A DNA stretch of 64,000 nt from a virus, in IMG/VR virus record IMGVR_UViG_3300031521_000040, positions 1 to 64,000 of that record; one strand, written 5' to 3'. Shown here in pieces: positions 57,702 through 64,000 of this stretch. Positions within the stretch are counted from its first letter, which is position 1; every line of letters starts with the position of its first letter. The position numbers and the translations under genes were made by a program. A model generated the notes under the pieces. That model searched no databases. It was not told the origin of the DNA and was given only the letters and a program-made list of their open reading frames with translations.

Positions 57702-60356
57702 TTATTTCTTCTTCTTAGCTAACGATTCGTATACTTTGAATCTTTCATCAATCATCGAATCAAGCTTTTTGAATGCATCAGATTTCTTGTTTTCATTTAT
57801 GCTTGGTTTTTTGAGTCCAGCTTTTTCTTCAAGACGACCACGTACATATCTTCTAAGTTTTTGCTCACTCTCATTCAAGTTTTCTTCGAGTTCATTTGGT
57901 GTTGGTTGTCTATCGTCTCTGTTCATGTTTAGATCAGCTTTTATTTTAGGTAAAGCATCTTTTAGTTTTCTCAATGCAAATCCATTAATTTCATGGATAC
58001 CGCCATCTACAATATTATATGAATTACGATCAACAGAAATTGTTGCAATTCCATTTGTATTGTTTGCAGCTACATCAAATGCGATACTATCACCATTTTT
58101 ACGGATATTAGTAAAACCTTGATTTTCCAAATACTGTTTCATTTCTGGATTAATGTATCTACCAAAAGTGGTACTTTGTGATTGACCTATTTGAGCAGTT
58201 ACTGGATCGTTATGATTGTTAGGACCGCTATTTGCATTATACTTATCGAGACCCTTCCAACTTGCATTATTTGCTAAACCAGTTGAAATTTCATTAATCA
58301 TGTTCGTTAATGAACCCAATTGTTTTTTGGCTTCAGCTAATTTAATGTTTATCATCTTGTTTTGACCATCAACATTTACATCAATACCAGTTGTTGGAGC
58401 ACCTATTGGTTTAACAACACCTGCGCCTAATGATTGACCAGCGGGAGCAAATTTGATATCATCATTGAATTCTTCAGTATTTTTCATACCATCAGTATTT
58501 TCAACATTCTCCATGCTTTCGATGTTTTCGATATCGTCCTGTTTTTCATCATCTTCATCACCGTCTTCTTTTAACATTGTTTGTGTCTCAACGTTTGCGG
58601 GATCGATGTTTTCTCTTTGGATTTGACTACCAGCTTTAGTACCAGCTAAGCTAGCACCCTTACCTGCAGTCAATTGATTAGTAATACCTCTTAAAATGCC
58701 TTGTACGTTAACTGGTTCTTGACCAGCTTTAACTAATCTAGCATTTAAAGCAGCTACTTGTGCACCTAAATCAGATGCCATTTTTTCTAATTTTTTTACT
58801 TCCCCACCAACTTCTCCTTGATGGTACGTTTGTTGAATACCTTGTGCAGCATCACCAACAGCATTTACACCAGCCTTAATACCACCAGAAACTGCTTGTC
58901 CTGCTTTACTGATTCCAGAACCAACAGCATTTGCTGCGTTAGCACCTGCTTGCCCAACTCTTTGAGCGCCACCTGCAACTGCACTGCCAACTGCTTGACC
59001 AGCATTACTAATACCAGAGCCAATAGCATTTGCACCAGCTTTTAAGCCACCCATTGCTGCTTTTCCTAATGATTTCAAACCACCAAACAATTCATTTAGT
59101 TTAGCTATATTTTCTTCATCAGTACTTTCATTCATTGAATCAACTTGTGGTTGAAGTTTTTCTGCATATTCTTCATGACCGTAATCATTTTTTAATGTGT
59201 TTAATAACTCAGGATTTATCACCTTTATAACTAAAGCAACACCTTCGAGATCACCATCATTCATGCCATCATTATGTGCATTAGCGTAGCCACTGATAAC
59301 GTTACCAACTTCTTCTTCACCACACTCCATTAATGATTCTGCGCTGTTATAACCTCTTGATTCAGCATATCTTGCGAAAGTACCACATTCTGAACACTGT
59401 GCTTCTTCAACGCCTTGTCCTTCTTCGTGATCTTCAACATTCTGTCCTAAATCCTCGATATCTTCAGGGGGTACAATTTTCAATATTAAATTTGCAATAT
59501 CTTTTCTTTCTTCAATTTCAAGTTCAGGAAGCTTATCTTTAAATGCTTGAATAAATGATTTAAGATATGATTGAGTTTGTGATGGTTCTAAATCAGTTTT
59601 TCTGATTGTATTAGTAATTTTACCAATACCCTTTTCTAATTCTCTAATGCTTTCATCTTCACCTTCACCAGCAGCAGACATTTCTTCGCTACCGTCACCA
59701 GCAGGCATTCCTTCTTCGCTACCATCACCAGCAGGCATTCCTTCGCCACCATCGGGTGCGGGCATTCCTTCTTCGCTATCTGGAGCAGGCATTCCTTCAC
59801 CACCATCAGGAGCTGGCATTCCTTCGCCACCGTCACCAGCTGGCATTTCAGTGCCATCAGCTTGTGCAGGCTCTGCTTCATTACCAGCAGCAAATTCAGC
59901 TGAATTAGTTTGATCTTCAGCAGCAGTTGCAGCATCCAAATCACTTAATTTATTTTCTGCGTTGTCGATTTCCTGACCTGCGATATCTTCATTAAGTCTT
60001 TTTTTGCTACCAGTTTTATTTTGTTTCAAAGAACCAGCTTCATTAATTGTATGCATTATCATATTTCTGTTTTTATCAGCTTCTGACAATGATTTATATT
60101 GAAAATTAGTGATGTTAGCTAGTCCACCAATATATGCAAAATCAGATACATCTGGATCAGATTTGATACCTGCTTTTTTAATATAGTAGTTGTGATTTTC
60201 CTTAATGATACCGTAGGCAACACCATCAGCAGCTCTTTTGTAATCAATTAGATTGCCTAGTGTGCGATTTTTTGTTTCCTTAATCGATTTTTTATTAATG
60301 TCAGCTAAACCTCTTAATCTTTCCAAGTAAGCCTCTCTTGATGTTTGATTTTTCAT
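57702..60356 (-). CDS. large putative internal head/core protein
   Basis: about 10 (I/L/M)xE sites, acidic GMPA repeats, Gly/Ala amphipathic block; late motif at 60401-60408. Confidence 0.6.
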   Translation of the reverse strand: MKNQTSREAYLERLRGLADINKKSIKETKNRTLGNLIDYKRAADGVAYGIIKENHNYYIKKAGIKSDPDVSDFAYIGGLANITNFQYKSLSEADKNRNMIMHTINEAGSLKQNKTGSKKRLNEDIAGQEIDNAENKLSDLDAATAAEDQTNSAEFAAGNEAEPAQADGTEMPAGDGGEGMPAPDGGEGMPAPDSEEGMPAPDGGEGMPAGDGSEEGMPAGDGSEEMSAAGEGEDESIRELEKGIGKITNTIRKTDLEPSQTQSYLKSFIQAFKDKLPELEIEERKDIANLILKIVPPEDIEDLGQNVEDHEEGQGVEEAQCSECGTFARYAESRGYNSAESLMECGEEEVGNVISGYANAHNDGMNDGDLEGVALVIKVINPELLNTLKNDYGHEEYAEKLQPQVDSMNESTDEENIAKLNELFGGLKSLGKAAMGGLKAGANAIGSGISNAGQAVGSAVAGGAQRVGQAGANAANAVGSGISKAGQAVSGGIKAGVNAVGDAAQGIQQTYHQGEVGGEVKKLEKMASDLGAQVAALNARLVKAGQEPVNVQGILRGITNQLTAGKGASLAGTKAGSQIQRENIDPANVETQTMLKEDGDEDDEKQDDIENIESMENVENTDGMKNTEEFNDDIKFAPAGQSLGAGVVKPIGAPTTGIDVNVDGQNKMINIKLAEAKKQLGSLTNMINEISTGLANNASWKGLDKYNANSGPNNHNDPVTAQIGQSQSTTFGRYINPEMKQYLENQGFTNIRKNGDSIAFDVAANNTNGIATISVDRNSYNIVDGGIHEINGFALRKLKDALPKIKADLNMNRDDRQPTPNELEENLNESEQKLRRYVRGRLEEKAGLKKPSINENKKSDAFKKLDSMIDERFKVYESLAKKKK
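59660..59860 (-). repeat. imperfect 27-30 bp coding repeats (EGMPAPDG / EGMPAGDG)
   Basis: about 7 MPA/MSA-containing units in the 884-aa ORF. Confidence 0.85.
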
Positions 60357-60435
60357 TTTTATATTTTTAGTGTTTTTTGTTATTTATATTACATTTTTTT
60401 ATAAATACTTAATTGAGAGCAAAAAAATGTTTTAA

Positions 60436-60684
60436 CTATATTATTTCATAATTTTCATTTATTATCTTATGCTTAGTAAGCATTTCGAAAACCTTTGGCG
60501 TAATAAGCATTTTCCTTCTATAATTATCAATCACTGATTGATTTGCTTTTTCATGTGATACATTTTCATTTAGAAGTTTTGTATTCATATGTAAATGTTC
60601 TAATATGTCATAGAAAATTTTATTTGCTTTTCTTCTATCAACATACTCAACTAACTGCTCTTTTTTAACTATAAATTTTTTCAT
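60436..60684 (-). CDS. small hypothetical late protein
   Basis: KKFIVKKEQL leader; LLNE and IINE sites. Confidence 0.6.
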   Translation of the reverse strand: MKKFIVKKEQLVEYVDRRKANKIFYDILEHLHMNTKLLNENVSHEKANQSVIDNYRRKMLITPKVFEMLTKHKIINENYEII

Positions 60685-60686
60685 AA

Positions 60687-61559
60687 TTATATCATGAATT
60701 CGTTTAAACTTAATTCGTTTTTTAAGTAATTATTCTTTAATGCAACCAATTTCTCAAGGTATCCACTGTTTCTTAATATTTTAAAAACCAGATTTTCTAC
60801 TGAATATTCACCCTTTTTATCTAATCCTGATTGCCTATACTTTTTTATTTTATTTTTAAGCTGATCAATTTTAATTAAAAAATTAGCTTCATCTTTATTC
60901 GTTTCTAAATCATCAATCGTATTCATAATATCAGCCGATTTTAATTGCACATCAGCAGTATCAATATTAACGATTTTTTTTAACGGTTTGCGAACCCAAT
61001 CATTTTTCATGATTGAATATGTTCCTGATGAATGATGTGGTTCATCGATATCTTGAAAATATAACTCAACATCAAATCCCTTTACTTGAATAGGTAATTT
61101 ATCAGACCATAATTGCTTTTTAAGCTTCAAAAAGTCGCCCACAAATTCTTTGTTTTCAGATATTTGTGAAAAATCGAGTACTATATGTATATCTATATCT
61201 GAATTTTCATTATAATTATAATTTGCCATACTGCCTGTAAATATAATATCCTTAAACTTTAAATTTTCTACATCTGAAAATTCAATAAATCTTTTAGCAT
61301 TTAATAATAATATTTTTCTTATTTCAGGCTTTAGTATTTCGTTTTTATCCCATATTAGCGGACACAGCGTATCGTGCATCTGAATTGACGATACATCAAC
61401 ACTATCAGGCTCAATAACCTCTTTTAGTAAATCAGATATATTGGTTTTAGCCCAATACTTGGATGACCAAAATCTTGGCATCTTAGTGTTTTGCTCGTTA
61501 TTACCATTGATTGAATTACTTGATTGAACGTCACTTTTCTCCACGTTAATAATTTTCAT
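60687..61559 (-). CDS. Pol-beta superfamily nucleotidyltransferase
   Basis: DIIFTGS.ANYN....SDIDIH and VELY third carboxylate. Confidence 0.85.
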   Translation of the reverse strand: MKIINVEKSDVQSSNSINGNNEQNTKMPRFWSSKYWAKTNISDLLKEVIEPDSVDVSSIQMHDTLCPLIWDKNEILKPEIRKILLLNAKRFIEFSDVENLKFKDIIFTGSMANYNYNENSDIDIHIVLDFSQISENKEFVGDFLKLKKQLWSDKLPIQVKGFDVELYFQDIDEPHHSSGTYSIMKNDWVRKPLKKIVNIDTADVQLKSADIMNTIDDLETNKDEANFLIKIDQLKNKIKKYRQSGLDKKGEYSVENLVFKILRNSGYLEKLVALKNNYLKNELSLNEFMI

Positions 61560-61599
61560 ATAAATACATAATTATTAATTAAAGTAAAGGAGTATTTAT
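61560..61599. promoter_or_regulatory. back-to-back pair of GTATTTAT motifs
   Basis: 61560-61567 on the minus strand and 61592-61599 on the plus strand, between divergent genes. Confidence 0.7.
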
Positions 61600-61616
61600 T
61601 ATAAATTCTAGCACAG

Positions 61617-63626
61617 ATGAATTTAGAATGTTTAAACAACATAATTACAGATAACTTAGTAATTGACATTGATTTGACTAATGTTAATTCATGGATTAAT
61701 TTTAACAGCGATTTGACTGCATTTAGCCTTACAAAATGGAGCGAAGCTATTGTTGATAATATTAATTTAAATGATTTTGGGTTAACTGATTACGACAACG
61801 GAAAAACAGATATTATGTGGAGTGGAATCACGCTTACACCTAATAATGATTTATTTTCAGTATATAAAGTTGGATATAACACAGTTATCAATCCAACAAC
61901 AGGTCAAACAAGCGGATTTACATCAACAACACATTTTCTTCCAATTACAGGTATCACAAGTACAACTGGAAATTATTTTAATTTAAATGGCGGATATGTG
62001 CAAGGATTTTTCAAACTACAAGATTATAATTATACGTTATTACCTTCCAGATATGGAAAAGGTATAACAATTGAAACAATACTTAAATTATCGTCTAGTT
62101 CTCATGGTATATTTTATATGATGGGAGCACGTGCTGAAGATAAATATAATTCATATTTTAGTGGTGAAACTAAAACAGGCAGTACTACAACAGGCATAAT
62201 AACTAGTGAGGGAAATTATTTGAACGCTTTGATTGGTGATATTGTTACTAAGAAGAGTTTCCAAAGACCTGAAGAAAATACAGAAACCATTTATAGCGAA
62301 ACAGCTCAAATCAATAATCTGAAAAATAACGTTATTGCATTTGAAATAACAACTGATAGAAGACTTGGTTACAAATACTTGAATAATAACGGACTTGTCG
62401 TAAGTGAAGAATCACCAATAAAGATAACCGCAACTGGTTTTACTATGATTGACTTAACGTTCACGCCATATGAAAACATATATGACTTAGGATTGTTAAA
62501 ATGCATGAAACAAAGAATGGGTACATTAATGTTTTACGTAAATGGTCGTGCTGTTTGGATTATAAAGGATTTTCCTGAATTCTATTTTCATGGTTTCAGT
62601 AATCAAAAGGAAAAGGTATTGGGAATTCCATATTCAATAAGTTGGGGCGGTGGGTCTTTTGGATTGAAATATTCATGGCATTATGATTATCAAAAATATA
62701 ATATATATGATAATCAAGATAATACCTATATTACAACACATTTTTCTGTTCACGATAATCCCTTAGTATCAAATAATTTACTATCTGGAATTTCATTAAG
62801 CGCAAATACTAATGCTTTTAATGCAACAGTAATGGAAATTGTATCGACAGGTGCAACAGGTAATACTTACTTTGTTAAATTTAATAATCCAATCTCTGTT
62901 CTGTCGAATAGGAATTATACATTTACATTATCACTTAATAATCACGGCTTATTTAAAAACACTAATAATATAGGTGAAGCTGTTAATAATAAATTATCTA
63001 TTTTAGCATATAGTGATACTGTTGATGTTAGTTTTATGAATAGCATTGAATATGTATATCCTATTACAAGCCTACGTATGGAGGAAATACAGGCACTAGG
63101 GTTACATCCGTTTCAAGATAACCAAGAATATCAATATATTTATCCTAATGGCGTTATGTATTATGGTGAAACAGGTATCCCCGTTCTCGATGAATTCGGA
63201 AATGAAAATACATTTGGTTATGAAATGCCAATTAATCTAACTGGTAATACTTTATGGTATACAACTGGTGTAGATATGTGGAATGAACTTAAAGCAGTAA
63301 TTAGAACATCTGATAATACAGGTCAGAGCTTTATTAATGTTGGCTTATTGATTGAAACAACTGATACTTTAAATCTTAATAGTCCGCTATTTATCAGCGG
63401 ATTTACATATACTGCATCAGATATCTTAGTACATGATACTAGAAAAAATAATCTAACCATCGAAGAAAATTTCAACACATCGTTTATTGGTGGAATTCAA
63501 AAACTAAGAATATATAATAATGCGCTAACATCGCCAGAGGTGTTGCATAATGCGTTAATGGAAACCAAAGTTAATCCAAATATTATTGTAAGTAAGGGTG
63601 GAAGAATAATAACATATAGAGTATGA
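61617..63626 (+). CDS. putative virion protein with a LamG/ConA-like fold
   Basis: G.T.ETIL, LMFYVNG, FIGGIQKLRIYN.AL..PEV.HN; many S/T-G-x-T motifs. Confidence 0.65.
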   Translation: MNLECLNNIITDNLVIDIDLTNVNSWINFNSDLTAFSLTKWSEAIVDNINLNDFGLTDYDNGKTDIMWSGITLTPNNDLFSVYKVGYNTVINPTTGQTSGFTSTTHFLPITGITSTTGNYFNLNGGYVQGFFKLQDYNYTLLPSRYGKGITIETILKLSSSSHGIFYMMGARAEDKYNSYFSGETKTGSTTTGIITSEGNYLNALIGDIVTKKSFQRPEENTETIYSETAQINNLKNNVIAFEITTDRRLGYKYLNNNGLVVSEESPIKITATGFTMIDLTFTPYENIYDLGLLKCMKQRMGTLMFYVNGRAVWIIKDFPEFYFHGFSNQKEKVLGIPYSISWGGGSFGLKYSWHYDYQKYNIYDNQDNTYITTHFSVHDNPLVSNNLLSGISLSANTNAFNATVMEIVSTGATGNTYFVKFNNPISVLSNRNYTFTLSLNNHGLFKNTNNIGEAVNNKLSILAYSDTVDVSFMNSIEYVYPITSLRMEEIQALGLHPFQDNQEYQYIYPNGVMYYGETGIPVLDEFGNENTFGYEMPINLTGNTLWYTTGVDMWNELKAVIRTSDNTGQSFINVGLLIETTDTLNLNSPLFISGFTYTASDILVHDTRKNNLTIEENFNTSFIGGIQKLRIYNNALTSPEVLHNALMETKVNPNIIVSKGGRIITYRV

Positions 63627-63826
63627 GTGTATTAAATGAAATATTTGAAGGTTGGAAAAATCTGATTTTTGAAGATGATAAGGTTGAGGAAGAAGCCAAA
63701 AGAAGAATGGCTATTTGTGTTGGCTGTGATAAATTTACACGTGTAAAATCATGTGAACTATGCGGTTGTTATATGCCAGCAAAAGTACGATCTATGAAAA
63801 GCAAATGTGGTGATAATAAATGGTAA
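63623..63826 (+). CDS. small Cys-rich (Zn/Fe-S) protein
   Basis: RMAICVGC...CELCGCYMPAKVR....C...KW. Confidence 0.7.
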   Translation: MSVLNEIFEGWKNLIFEDDKVEEEAKRRMAICVGCDKFTRVKSCELCGCYMPAKVRSMKSKCGDNKW

Positions 63827-64000
63827 TTAATTCTTACTGTGCGTTATAACATATGTATCTTCTAAAGCATATGCTTCAAATTCATCAGTATTAAAATACA
63901 TTTTACTATATGATGTAAGCTGTTTCGTGATATTGTTAATAATAAAATCAATTCTTCCTGTTAGACATATTGCAGAATGTACATAATCACGTTTAGCTAA
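63827..64000 (-). CDS. 3' end of a CDS entering from beyond the window
   Basis: open frame LAKRDYVHSAIC...VITHSKN* from the window edge. Confidence 0.5.
   Translation of the reverse strand, partial: LAKRDYVHSAICLTGRIDFIINNITKQLTSYSKMYFNTDEFEAYALEDTYVITHSKN

Noticed and set aside
1-64000. Stop-codon reassignment as in some large phages
   Set aside because: Core genes are full length and densely packed under the standard code. Reading through the TGA at 26537 still meets TAA at 26522 without a start.
1-64000. tRNA, rRNA, integrase or transposase genes
   Set aside because: No cloverleaf or T-loop signature in the intergenic gaps and no recombinase or transposase motifs were seen; a covariance search was not possible.

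Overview
A 64-kb, very AT-rich segment of a large contractile-tailed (myovirus) phage with T4-like morphogenesis genes. It contains terminase large subunit, portal, prohead protease, scaffold, major capsid protein, neck proteins, tail sheath, tail tube, tail-assembly chaperone and tape measure. Interspersed are nucleotide-metabolism genes (thyA, two dUTPase-fold genes, MazG-like, HAD nucleotidase), PhoH, two glycosyltransferases, a gp55-like sigma factor, an intein-containing UvrD-like helicase and seven free-standing homing-endonuclease-type genes. TTTG-N19-TAnnTTTG promoters, AT-rich leaders without evident Shine-Dalgarno sites and a DSIA-repeat lipoprotein point to a Bacteroidota host. Highlights: (1) a (S/T)-G-x-(T/S) motif strongly enriched in exposed virion proteins alongside phage GT-B/GT2 genes, a candidate virion-glycosylation system; (2) a strand-oriented GTATTTAT late-promoter motif in about 26 copies; (3) a -1 slippery site fusing the gp26-like chaperone to an unlisted gp51-like ORF; (4) candidate head-packaged cargo or polyproteins with a shared leader and (I/L/M)-x-E cleavage sites; (5) three nuclease plus Mom-like GNAT fusions; (6) structured non-coding elements next to the terminase, tail tube and tape measure genes. 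All assignments come from reading motifs by eye. No database search or folding program was run, and counts are manual.
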